Source: Octopus vulgaris (taxonomy: Eukaryota). Taken from it: a DNA stretch of 64,000 nt. The stretch spans positions 73,408,001-73,472,000 of the forward strand of contig OX597827.1 in the NCBI GenBank assembly GCA_951406725.2. Reading direction: 5' to 3'. Shown one piece after another: positions 1 to 9,922 of this stretch. The notes below the pieces were generated by a model. It had not been told where the DNA came from. It saw only the letters and a list, made by a program, of their open reading frames with translations, and did not search any database. Position 1 is the stretch's first letter, and every line of letters starts with the position of its first letter. Both the position numbers and the translations under genes were made by a program.

Positions 1-187
1 CAAAATTTTATCCTTCAGCTACAATGTTTATTTCATCTATAAACAGTGGAAATGATTCGTGTGCCATCAAGTCACACTGCGATAGGCTTACGTAACATAT
101 GCCAAGGATTAAACCCACTTACAAAACCTGAATGCCTTAGCCACAAAACCCTCATCTGCTAATTGGGCCCTTTTACTGAAAATAAAC

Positions 188-315
188 TTTTTGGCAGTTG
201 AATCCGGTGTATTCTGCATTGAAATCACCCGGATACGGTCCTTTACTGTGGTAATATTTTTCGGAACAATGACAAGACATTTTATATTAGAGACCAAATG
301 TGTTACTATATCAGG
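188..315 (-). pseudogene. Decayed type-A EGF-like exon
   Basis: Aligns to exon 22063-22188 and its flank. Reads *YSNTFGL*YKMSCHCSEKYYHSKGPYPGDFNAEYTGFNCQK, with two stops and several Cys lost. Confidence 0.75.
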
Positions 316-879
316 CTAATATTAAGATGATTACGTGGGAATTCCTCTCAGAACATATTTACGATACCATTATGTACATTGTTTACTGAAAACATGAAGA
401 CGTTTAATCAGATTAGCGTGTGGAATACACAAAAATCTATACTAACATAACACCTACAATTGTTATATACTTCATTTCCTTACGTCAGTGATGTGTTTAA
501 ATCCTTCAATGAAAATAGCTCCATTAATAAATATAAAAACCTAAACACACAACTACAATCTGTATGGTCATAAATATAATGACTATAATACAAAATATCC
601 GATCAGTTAATGACATCATATATAGGACAAATAATCTTGTGAGAAATCTTCCATCATTAGAAAATTCTATCGGTTTGTTTCAAGACTCATAAATTATAAT
701 GGTTATTGACAATTTTGTCTTTTTTTCGGCATATTTGGCAGTAGAATTTTTGTTTTGCCCTTATTTTGTAAATTATTTATAAATTTAACCTTTAAAGGTA
801 TTTTTTGATATGCTGGCCATTGATAAAATGTTTTTCTCAAAAAAATGTTATCCTACATTAGTTATATATATATATAAGG

Positions 880-1077
880 GAGAATTCACAAGAAAAAACA
901 AAAGACGAAGACATATGGTGTAGACAACAAGCAGATGCAATAGTTTAATGCTCGGGAAGTGAAAAAGCTTTAACGTTTCGAGCATTCGCTCTTCCACAGA
1001 AAGGAACACAGAAAGAAACAAGGAGAGAATAAAGAATGTATAGTGGCTAGCAATCAATCATGGCGAATGCCGGACAG

Positions 1078-1108
<31 letters not shown>

Positions 1109-1345
1109 AAGCTAACACTACCTTTTTATCCATGAAAATCTGGGAATTCAAGGATAGTAATAGTGAAATTAGCCTAAAATGGGATATAGTCCATGAAGCT
1201 CAGCCATACAAAAATTACCGATATAGATGTGAACTATGTTGTATGGAGATATATGAATTAGGGATAAGCAAAACCTAAATAATAATAAATTAGACCTTAG
1301 AGTATCCTGTGTACATAGGATTACACGTACCTTCAAATACTTTAG
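880..1345. mobile_element. Penelope-like element remnants (terminal-repeat-like piece plus GIY-YIG C-terminal fragment)
   Basis: Plus strand encodes KIWEFKDSNSEISLKWDIVHEAQPYKNYRYRCELCCME, similar to 23481-23950 and 44184-44663. Degenerate hammerhead-like motif on minus near 950-1000. Flanked by (TA)n. Confidence 0.6.
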
Positions 1346-1361
1346 AAGCAAATAATAATCT

Positions 1362-1735
1362 TCTCTACTCAAGGCACAAGGCCCCAAATGTTGGCGGAGG
1401 TGGGGCAGTCGGTTAGATGGATCCCAGAACGCAACTGGTATTTAATTTATCGATCCCGAAAGGATGAAAAGCAAAGTTGACCACGACAGAATCTGAACTC
1501 AAACCGTAAAGACATTCGAAATACCTATTTCTTTACTGGCGACAAGGGGCTAAACACAGAGAGAATAAACAAGGACAGACAAACGGATTAAGTCGATTAT
1601 ATCGACCCTAGTGCGTAACTGGTACTTATTTAATCGACCCCGATGAAAGGCAAAGTTGACCTCGGCAGAATTTGAACTCAGAACGTAGCGGCAGACGAAA
1701 TACGGCTACGCATTTTGCCCGGCGTGCAAACGCCT
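1362..1735 (-). mobile_element. Composite/dimeric tRNA-derived SINE
   Basis: Core atcgacccc-gatgaaaggcaaagttgacc-gaatttgaactcag occurs twice, with B-box-like GAGTTCAAAT on minus. The second monomer tail (1525-1590) resembles the LINE 3' end. Confidence 0.7.
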
Positions 1736-2529
1736 TAGAAACAAATAAGAATAAGCATATCATACTATGATTTGGTAGCCTGAGTTATCCAGGGTGTCAT
1801 ATCTTTCATAGCATACCCTATATTATCTAGAAATACATGTAGTATTGCTCTCTAATAGCCCTTAACTACTTCAATCTGCATTCCTTCAATATTTATATTG
1901 CAACCTCGGTATTGGGATTATTTTCCTTTATAGTGATAATATATAAATTCGCAATGGATTACCAATTCTTGCGCCTCCCCTAAGTATAAGTTATACCCCA
2001 TAAGAACTGATATTATTCTAAATAAATCAGTGTCTCTGATATATTTTGCAAATATTTTATAAACCCATTTTCAAAGGTATCTTTATCTTAATTTATTCTT
2101 TAATTAGTATTTGATAAGCATATCTTGATTTATCCTTTTTTTTCTGTTATAACTTTCATATCATTCGCAATGAAATATTTTATTTTATAAAGTCTTATTA
2201 AAAACATTCTTATATAAAAATATTTTAGCTTTTTATTTTTCATATTTTTTATCTTGTATATCTAAATTTTTATATATCTATACACACTCCTGTATATATT
2301 GATTGCAAAGGAGGTTATAATTTCTTTTCATAAAACTCATTGTATAATATAATACAATATTATATTTATAATTACACATTAGGTTTTATAAAATTTATAA
2401 ATATTTTATATATATACTTGCCGGGTCATAGTGCTAGTGCATGTATATATGTGTATATATAAGTGAACATATTACATGTACATCTATATATATACATCTA
2501 CACATAAAATACAAAATACAAAGTTATAT

Positions 2530-2887
2530 CTTGATATCGCTAGTGATAACAATACTCAAAATATATAACAGACTGGAATTGTTAGCCCGTCTCTTGTAAT
2601 TTCGATCAATTGTATCTTGTTCTCCCTCTTGTATAGAAGTGTGGCTACAATCCAGCCTACCTCTACTTCGGGGGGGGGGGGCATTAAAAATTTTTTTCCA
2701 GGGGCGTCCTACGTCCCAGATATAAAGGTAAAAATAAAATATTTCCACTTTGCAAGTTCGAGTCGAGTACTCCCTTGCACACTCCATTGACTCGAACCTT
2801 GCTTCTATTGTGGTTAATATACTGCCTCTGATTAGATAACTTTCATAGTTGCACCAAGACACTTTTCGAAGGTGCTTTCCTCCATGT
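2530..2887 (-). pseudogene. C-terminal half of decayed Tx1/L1-type ORF1 (host of the insertion array)
   Basis: With frameshifts reads MEESTFEKCLGATM..SYLIRGSILTTIEARFESMECAREYST..LFLPLYLGRRT..KIFNAPPPEVEVGWIVATLLYKRENKIQLIEIT, collinear with ORF1s 6839-7924 and 10165-11562. Confidence 0.75.
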
Positions 2888-3133
2888 TGTTTTATTATTA
2901 CCCACAAGGGGCGAACACAGATGGGACAATACATTCTGATGATGGGGTCAGACAAACGAATGGGTTTTTACAATAAATCGGGTTTAAAAATTTTCATGAA
3001 TAACAATAAATGGACAGAAATCGAGTGATAGGACAGACCGGAAGACATTACGGGTGGAGTGGGTGCGGGTTTAGCTCGGACCCCACGAGCCCCGCCTCCC
3101 CACTGATACTTTTGGTTGCACTTGGTATTACAT

Positions 3134-6100
3134 TTATGTTGTAACTTTCATTCGCAACTTCCGTGCTACATCCTTCCATCGTTCTTCATACGCTCTCCTA
3201 GTCAGGCATATTCTCTCCAGCCCTATCTTCCTTTTCAGGTGAAAGATGAAATAATTCATCAAACCAGGGCCGGAGATGAACTTGCCTGACTGTAAACCTT
3301 TCATTCTCGTCTTCCATATCACCTCTTTCGCGATTGCTACTACAACGAGAAAACGAAACTTACCTTCATTCACGAGGAAATCCGGTGGGTCAATTTTTGT
3401 AATCGACTCAGTCGACAGCTGTACTCTTCGTGTACCTGACAACAGGTGTTCGGCATAAACCCACACCTCAGACACGTCCGGACAATGAACAATCGCGTGC
3501 GGGACGGTTTCCCTATCCCGCCCGCATCTTGGACATATCGGACTGTCTTGGCCACCGTGCCTTGCGAGTTTATCCCGAACAGGTAGAGCTCCTCTGTAGC
3601 ATTGCCATGCCAGAGACTTCTGGAAATTGTCCAGTGTCCTTGGCTCGAACGTACGTCGGAACAGACTGGCCAGCTGGTTATCGTCGAGACCTAGGGTTTC
3701 CCCCAAGGTATCTTCACATTCCGCCTCTACCAACCCTCTATAGAAGAAAGTGGTGGAACCCCCACCGCAGGCGTTGCCCGAGCGACGGAATAGCAGGAGA
3801 GCCTTGCGACACTCCGTGTACCAAGTACCAAGTTTCGATCTACGATTCAGCCAGGTTTCCCATCCACCGAAACTAGTGAACTTGGGAAACATCAGTTTTG
3901 CTAGCGAAGACCACACCCGTTCACCATCCAGGTAGAGCCACAGATGTCTTAACCTCAGCGCATGTCTGCGCATCATCAGCCAAGGCATCCCTAGCCCACC
4001 CTTTAACGGTTGTTGACAGCAAGTAGAGCGTTTCACAAGTGGTTTCCCGCCCTTCCACAAGAAGTAGAAGAGCTGTCTTTCCAACTTGATCAACCACGAA
4101 TCAGGGCAAGGAACGACGGAAAGGCGGTAGGTGATAACCGATGCGATAAACACATTGGCCACCTCCGCCCTCCCTTTCAGGGATAGCCACCGCCAAGACC
4201 AGGTCTTGGCTACTGCAGCCACCTTGCTCGTTACCTCGCCCCAATTCTTCTCTATTTGGAGGTCTGGACCGAACCAGACCCCTAGCAGTTTAATCGGACC
4301 CTCCGTCCAACGTCCCACGACGCTGTCAGGAGGCATCGACTTGCCTCTCCAGGTGCCGAGTTGCAAGCCGACTGACTTTTCGCGATTAACTTTTGCTCCT
4401 GTCACCGTCTCGTACACCTCTATGGCCTTGCCTACTTTACATAGGTGGTCCATTTCGGTTACGATGATGGTGATGTCATCCGCGTACGCTGACACTGATT
4501 TTCCATTACCTGGCTGTCTCGGGATGCCGCTCAGTTTTCGCAGTAATGGCTCAAGAGCCATTACGTACAAAAGCGGGGAGAGCGGACACCCTTGACGAAC
4601 CGAGCGTTTGATTTTGAACGGCTTCGACAAGAAGCCGTTCACCCGAACTACCGAGTCGATGTTATCATAAATTTCGATAATCCACCTGAGGAATCCAAGG
4701 CTCAGCCCGAACTGTGCCAGGGCAGATACCAGGTAACGATGGTCGACCCTATCAAAAGCTTTAGATTGGTCTAAATGGACCAGTGCCCCACCCTTGCCAG
4801 AATCACTATTAAACCCCTCTATAGTGTACCGCATTAGATGGAGATTATCCTGAATGGATCTGCCCGGAACGGCACATGTCTGTGCCCCTCCGATCAGACC
4901 ATCCGCGACACGCGCCAATCTTTTCGATAACACTTTGGCCAAAATCTTCAACTCTGTGTTTAGCAGAGTGATGGGCCTGAAATTATCAATGCACTCCCCC
5001 TTGCTCGGGTCCTTTCTGACGAGAGTCACTACTCCCCGGCGCACAGATCTGGGTATAAGCCCGTTCTGCTGCCAGTTCGCGTAGACCTCCGCCAGTAGGT
5101 GCCCGAACAAGTCTGGCATACTCTTATATAACTCATAGGGTAGACCATCCAAACCCGGCGCCTTGCCCGCGCCGCAGTCCGCCATTGCCTCAACCACCTC
5201 CTCAGGCGTGATTGGCCCTTCACAGCCCTCCGCATCTCGCCCCGATAAGCGCGGCAGACCGTCGAGTAGGTCCGTAAAGGCCCTCCTCCTATCCAGTCCG
5301 CCGCACTCACCGAAAAGCTGAGCGAAGTGCTCCTGAAAGGCCTCACACATCTCCTCGGGTTCGTTTATCAACTCACCTTGTTGGTTCGTCAAAGATCGAA
5401 TCGTGGCATCGTTACCATGCTGAGCTTCCACCACTCGGGCCCATCTCACGGCGTTGATTCCTTCACATCCCATATGACGGATTCTAGCCCTGACAATGCA
5501 GCCCATGTGTTTGGCCTCGAGGTGCTGGTTTAACACCAGTCTCTTGGCCGCCACCTGAGCCGCAGAGCCAGTTTTCATGGCTTCCTCTAATTCCTTAACT
5601 AGAGTAGTTTCCCTTCTAGCCTCTCTAGCCACTACTCCTATGCTATATCTAATAGACTCAAACTTGATGGCTCGTTTGAGGGCGTACCACCATTTGTTAT
5701 TAATGATGGTACCAGATAGTGCCCTCTGAATTATATTCCTAATCCGGTCTTTGTACTCCTTAATCGCCAAAAGGGACGTATTAAGTTTCCAGTAACCGGA
5801 TCCTCTATTTTTAACCTTATCTATGTCAAGCTTACAAGTGACCATTTTATGATCACTGTAGCTGATCGGGTAAAACTGTGGACACTTAGCTATTTTACTG
5901 TCTACTTTTCTAATTAGTATTCTATCTAGATACGACCTGGAAGATCCGTCGCTGTTTGACCATGTCCACAATGGAGCGTTCGGAAATTCCAGCCTATAAG
6001 GATCTGCTAGCTCAAAGCGGCTTAGCAGTTCCATGAAGCCACTGTTGCCTTTTCTATCTGGACACGAGCCAACATAATCTACATCCGCTTTGCAAATTGT

Positions 6101-6529
6101 GTTAAAGTCTCCTAGCACCACTAATGAATGCGAAGTACCAAGAAAGTTTTCTAGTTCACGAAAATAATCACTTTGCCCTGTATGGTTGGGTGCGTAAATT
6201 GCAACCAGTCTGATAACTTTACCATTACTGAACGTCAAATCCATGACGACCAGCCTACCTTCTGGATCTGCAAAAATTAACTTTTTCTCAGAAACCCGGT
6301 TTCTTTTTAATAGGACCAACACCCCACTCCCGCCTGTAGGACTGCCAGGAGAGAAAAAACTCTCGTAGCCGTCAAACAGCGGGAGTAGACCTCTTGGCCC
6401 CTCTAGCCGGGTTTCTGTAGCAACAATAACATCTAAATTACGCGACCTGATATCATGCAGGAAGCGACCTTGCTTCCAGCCTGCTCTCAGGCCGCGCACA
6501 TTTAAACAACCAACATAAATGTAATCCAT
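3134..6529 (-). CDS. LINE ORF2: APE endonuclease + reverse transcriptase + C-terminal zinc finger
   Basis: Intact 1131 aa. APE motifs LNVRGL, TETRL, IYAPN, LGDFN, YLDRI, SDHK; GYWKLN; RT motifs APGLDG, FRPITLLN, DQSKAFDRVDH, RQGCPLSP, AYADD; GGLG; CPRC..ETVPHAIVHC. Confidence 0.97.
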   Translation of the reverse strand: MDYIYVGCLNVRGLRAGWKQGRFLHDIRSRNLDVIVATETRLEGPRGLLPLFDGYESFFSPGSPTGGSGVLVLLKRNRVSEKKLIFADPEGRLVVMDLTFSNGKVIRLVAIYAPNHTGQSDYFRELENFLGTSHSLVVLGDFNTICKADVDYVGSCPDRKGNSGFMELLSRFELADPYRLEFPNAPLWTWSNSDGSSRSYLDRILIRKVDSKIAKCPQFYPISYSDHKMVTCKLDIDKVKNRGSGYWKLNTSLLAIKEYKDRIRNIIQRALSGTIINNKWWYALKRAIKFESIRYSIGVVAREARRETTLVKELEEAMKTGSAAQVAAKRLVLNQHLEAKHMGCIVRARIRHMGCEGINAVRWARVVEAQHGNDATIRSLTNQQGELINEPEEMCEAFQEHFAQLFGECGGLDRRRAFTDLLDGLPRLSGRDAEGCEGPITPEEVVEAMADCGAGKAPGLDGLPYELYKSMPDLFGHLLAEVYANWQQNGLIPRSVRRGVVTLVRKDPSKGECIDNFRPITLLNTELKILAKVLSKRLARVADGLIGGAQTCAVPGRSIQDNLHLMRYTIEGFNSDSGKGGALVHLDQSKAFDRVDHRYLVSALAQFGLSLGFLRWIIEIYDNIDSVVRVNGFLSKPFKIKRSVRQGCPLSPLLYVMALEPLLRKLSGIPRQPGNGKSVSAYADDITIIVTEMDHLCKVGKAIEVYETVTGAKVNREKSVGLQLGTWRGKSMPPDSVVGRWTEGPIKLLGVWFGPDLQIEKNWGEVTSKVAAVAKTWSWRWLSLKGRAEVANVFIASVITYRLSVVPCPDSWLIKLERQLFYFLWKGGKPLVKRSTCCQQPLKGGLGMPWLMMRRHALRLRHLWLYLDGERVWSSLAKLMFPKFTSFGGWETWLNRRSKLGTWYTECRKALLLFRRSGNACGGGSTTFFYRGLVEAECEDTLGETLGLDDNQLASLFRRTFEPRTLDNFQKSLAWQCYRGALPVRDKLARHGGQDSPICPRCGRDRETVPHAIVHCPDVSEVWVYAEHLLSGTRRVQLSTESITKIDPPDFLVNEGKFRFLVVVAIAKEVIWKTRMKGLQSGKFISGPGLMNYFIFHLKRKIGLERICLTRRAYEERWKDVARKLRMKVTT

Positions 6530-6544
6530 TACTTACCTTTATAT

Positions 6545-7924
6545 CAGTGGTTCGGTTTTTTCTTCTTCTTCCTTCTCTTTTTCTGGGCCTCGTGGGGAGT
6601 CTGACGTAGGCCCTCGAATATATGTGGAGATGTTACATCCAACCTAAGTGGGCCTACGTCATGGAAGAATTCTGACTTTATCCGCCCGTAATCCTTCCGG
6701 TCTATTTTGTAAATTACAAAGTCATTTTTTTCTCTACTCTCTTCACATTGGCCATGGCTGCCAACACGTTTCCGAGTCTGCTATTTGATGCTTTTACGGC
6801 CATATATGCGTTCATTGACTCTTTTTTCTTTTTTAAAATTACTCTGGGAGGGGTGGTTTCCGTTTTTCTTTTTTTTTTCCGATAATTTTTGCCCACCCCT
6901 CCTCATTTATCTTTTCCTCGCTCTTTTTTTTCTCCGCCGCTGGTTCTGCTGTTACCATCACCTCCACACCTTCAGTCTTCCCTTCTGGGCCGTCTGACGC
7001 TGCTTCTGGTGACACATTGTCTTCTTTTCCTTTTGGCTTAGGTGCTTCCTGCGGTTTGGGTTGGGGCTGGCATTCCGCCCTTACATGCCCCTTCTTACCG
7101 CAGCCGAAGCACCTCGGCTTTCTGCCCTCTACGAAGACTGTGACTCTTTCATCTTCGCTTATCCTTAGAGTCTCTGGGATCTCTTCCAGGGTTTGTACTT
7201 CTGCTTGTATGGCTATTATTATCTTTTGCCCTTTCCAGAATTCTTCTTCTTCTACGGTGGCCTGGAGGATGTTTATTTTTTCCTCCAGGCCTACCATAAC
7301 TGCTGCCACTAGGACTTCGGCATCCGCTTCTGGCGGGATGTTGTTCATAGTGATTTTGGAAGTTCTCTTGCCTTTATACAGGGGTAGGAGAACAATATCC
7401 TCCGCTTTTATGGGTTCCATGGATAGCTTCTTCGCTACCTCCTCTGACGTGAATCTCACCTCCACTGTGCCGTATTTCTTCCCTCGATTGATATACGTAA
7501 TTTTATCCATTATTGGCTTTAAGCAGTTTTCAATCTTTTTCTCCTCTATTTTTTGGATTGCTCTGTTTGTTATACTGAATGTCTTATAGATTATTCTCCT
7601 ATTCGAAATATCCTCCTGTATTTGGGCGTTTGAAGCCACGGTTACTTCCGTGCCCTCTTTTGACACACAGTCCGCATGTTTTCCCAGGTTGTCCACGTTA
7701 ATTTTTTTAATTTTCTTCCCAGCCACTTCAGCGAATTTTTTTGCTGGAGTTGATGCTGGTACTGGTTTTACCATTTTCTTGGGCGACGCCGCCTCTTTTT
7801 TCTTCGGCGACAGCGCCTCTTTTTTTCTTGGCGACAACGCCTCTTTTTTACTTGGCGACAACGCCGGGTATTCATCCTCGCTCGTCACGGGCGAATAAGT
7901 GATGGGGGACTCCATTTTGAACAA
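6545..7924 (-). CDS. LINE ORF1 (gag-like RNA-binding protein with CCHC knuckle), two homopolymer frameshifts near the C-terminus
   Basis: ORF 6839-7924 has SPK/RKKEA repeats and CFGCGKKGHVRAEC. Correcting A-runs near 6875 and 6728 extends it to ..EAQKKRRKKKKKPNH*, just upstream of the ORF2 ATG. Confidence 0.85.
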
Positions 7925-8145
7925 ATGGCTTTAACAAGCCTTTGGTAATCTAAATTGATTGTAGTTTTCCCCCACTGAGGGGGAACACCAACGCGAAGTC
8001 TTCGCGCGAAGGTTGACTTCGTCCGTTAGACAACAATGGACAAAAAAAGGTAGACCAACAGTATATAATAACAGAGATAAGTAGTATGAGAGCAAAAATA
8101 TATATCAACTTACTAATAACGCAATAAATTGATTTCCTCCATGTG

Positions 8146-9909
8146 ATTTTATTACTACCCACAAGGGGCGAACATAGAGGGGACAATACAATCGGGGAAC
8201 TTAAAATAAGAAAGCGAAATGACAAGAAAGGAAAAAATAAAAATAAAAATGACAAATGAAAGATATTTACAATGAGATGCAAATGCCCACTCGATCCCCG
8301 GAATCGAGAGGTTACATTTTCGTCACATATAGTTCACAATTTTTTTTTCTTTTTCTCTTCTTTCTTCTCTCTCCTCTCACAATCTCACACGTATTCCATA
8401 ATATTTTTCAAGTCTCTAAAGTCAATCACTGAGCCCTCAGGCAGCCGCTCTTTCATTCGAACACCCGTGTAAAAAATTACACTCTCTCCAGCTGCTCTGA
8501 GGAACTCAGCGACTCTTTCTTCGGGGATCAGAGCAGTCTCCTGCCACTGATCAGTCATCCTGTTGACCCACACATGTCCCTCCATACTACATGTCAATTC
8601 CTTCATTTCGGGGCTGAAATGGAAGGTTATTAACTTGTAGTAATCTTGTTTCCGTCCTACGTTTTCTCTCGTTTTTCTTTTCGGGCTTATTTCTTCCTTG
8701 TTCTCCTCTCTTTGTTTCTCTCTTTCTCTCTTTTTGCCTTCTTTTCTTTCTCCTTCCTTCTCTTGTCTTTTTGGTTCTTTGTCTGTTCTCTCTTTCTCTC
8801 GTGTTTTATGTTCCTTTTCTTTTTCTTTTTGTGTGCCGTCTTTTCTTTTCGTTTGATTCTGATCTCTCTCTTGTTTTTTTCCTGTTGTTTCTTTTTCCTT
8901 TTTCTTTTCCTGACTCTGTTTTGGTTCTATTTCTTTCTTTTCTTTTATTTCTTTTTCCTTCATTGACTTATTATTTCCTTTCTCTTGTTGTTTTGTTTCC
9001 TTTTCTATGTTTTCTTTTTCATTTACCGTATTCTTCTTTTCGAGTTCCTGCTCGCACTCCGCTACGAATTCGTATAACGGGCACTCTTTTTTAATGTGCC
9101 CCCTTGTCCCGCACAAGTAGCAGTTTGGCTTTCTTCCCTCTACAATTACACTGAGGGTTTTCTCGTCTTCGATTTCTATTCTATAGGGGAACCTTTCAAT
9201 GTCCTCTTTTGTGGCCATCAAACACAGTTCTACCCCATATCCTCTCCAATTTACTGCGTTGGACTCCTTAAAGGATTCCACCTCCACTTCCTCTTCTGCT
9301 GCTCCTAGAATAGCTGTTGCCAGCCATTCTGTTTTTACTTCTGGGGGTATATTCGGGATTTTAACCCGGACCCCTCTTCTTCCCTTGTATGAGGGCCACA
9401 TTATAAATGTTTCCGCTCTTAGAACAGTGGTAGCCAGTGAGGCTGCAATTTCTTCCGTTGCACATCTCACCTCCACCGTACCAAATTTTTTTCCTCTACT
9501 CACGTAGGTCGATTTATCCATTATGTCTCCCAGACATTTTTCGATCTCTGCTATCTCCACTCTTGCCAGTTTCTTTGTACTTTTGTCCTGGGTTCTATAC
9601 GTTACAGTTTTGTTTTCTTTGTCCTCTTTTGCTTTCGCGGGGGGATTAGCTTCACGCTATCACCCTCCCTTTTGAATAGCTTTTCATATTCTTTGATTTT
9701 ACTTTTCTCAAAGAAAACATCCTTCACGATTATCGACGAATCATTATTTTTCTTTCCCGTGACCCCCGCGTAAGTCGCCATGACTAGAGGGTCAATTCAC
9801 CTTCTTCGGAAGGTTTCCACAGGTGGAGGCAAACGCCTCGCGCGATATTAATCACTTTACACAACAAAATTTCAACTTCTAATCACAGATAACAACACAC
9901 GTGGGTAAA
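8146..9909 (-). mobile_element. ORF1-only (HAL1-like) non-autonomous retroelement, copy 1
   Basis: Bounded by tttcctccatgtg at 8133-8145 and 9910-9922. No RT. Its 3' end matches the LINE 3' end. Confidence 0.85.
8385..9781 (-). CDS. Gag-like ORF1, copy 1 (1-nt shorter G-run at 9639-9644 shifts the frame)
   Basis: Near-identical to 10165-11562. Contains CYLCGTRGHIKKEC and a long K/E-rich linker. G6 here versus G7 in copy 2. Confidence 0.8.
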
Positions 9910-9922
9910 TTTCCTCCATGTG

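Larger units (their letters stand above)
2888..8132 (-). mobile_element. Full-length L1/Tx1-clade non-LTR retrotransposon (~5.25 kb)
   Basis: 5'UTR, ORF1, ORF2 and 3'UTR, bounded by the direct repeat tttcctccatgt at 2876-2887 and 8133-8144. Confidence 0.93.

Noticed and set aside
8646-9094. Phe/Leu/Ser-rich plus-strand ORFs resembling membrane proteins (also 10426-10874 and 7017-7589)
   Set aside because: Antisense shadows of K/E-rich ORF1 sequence.
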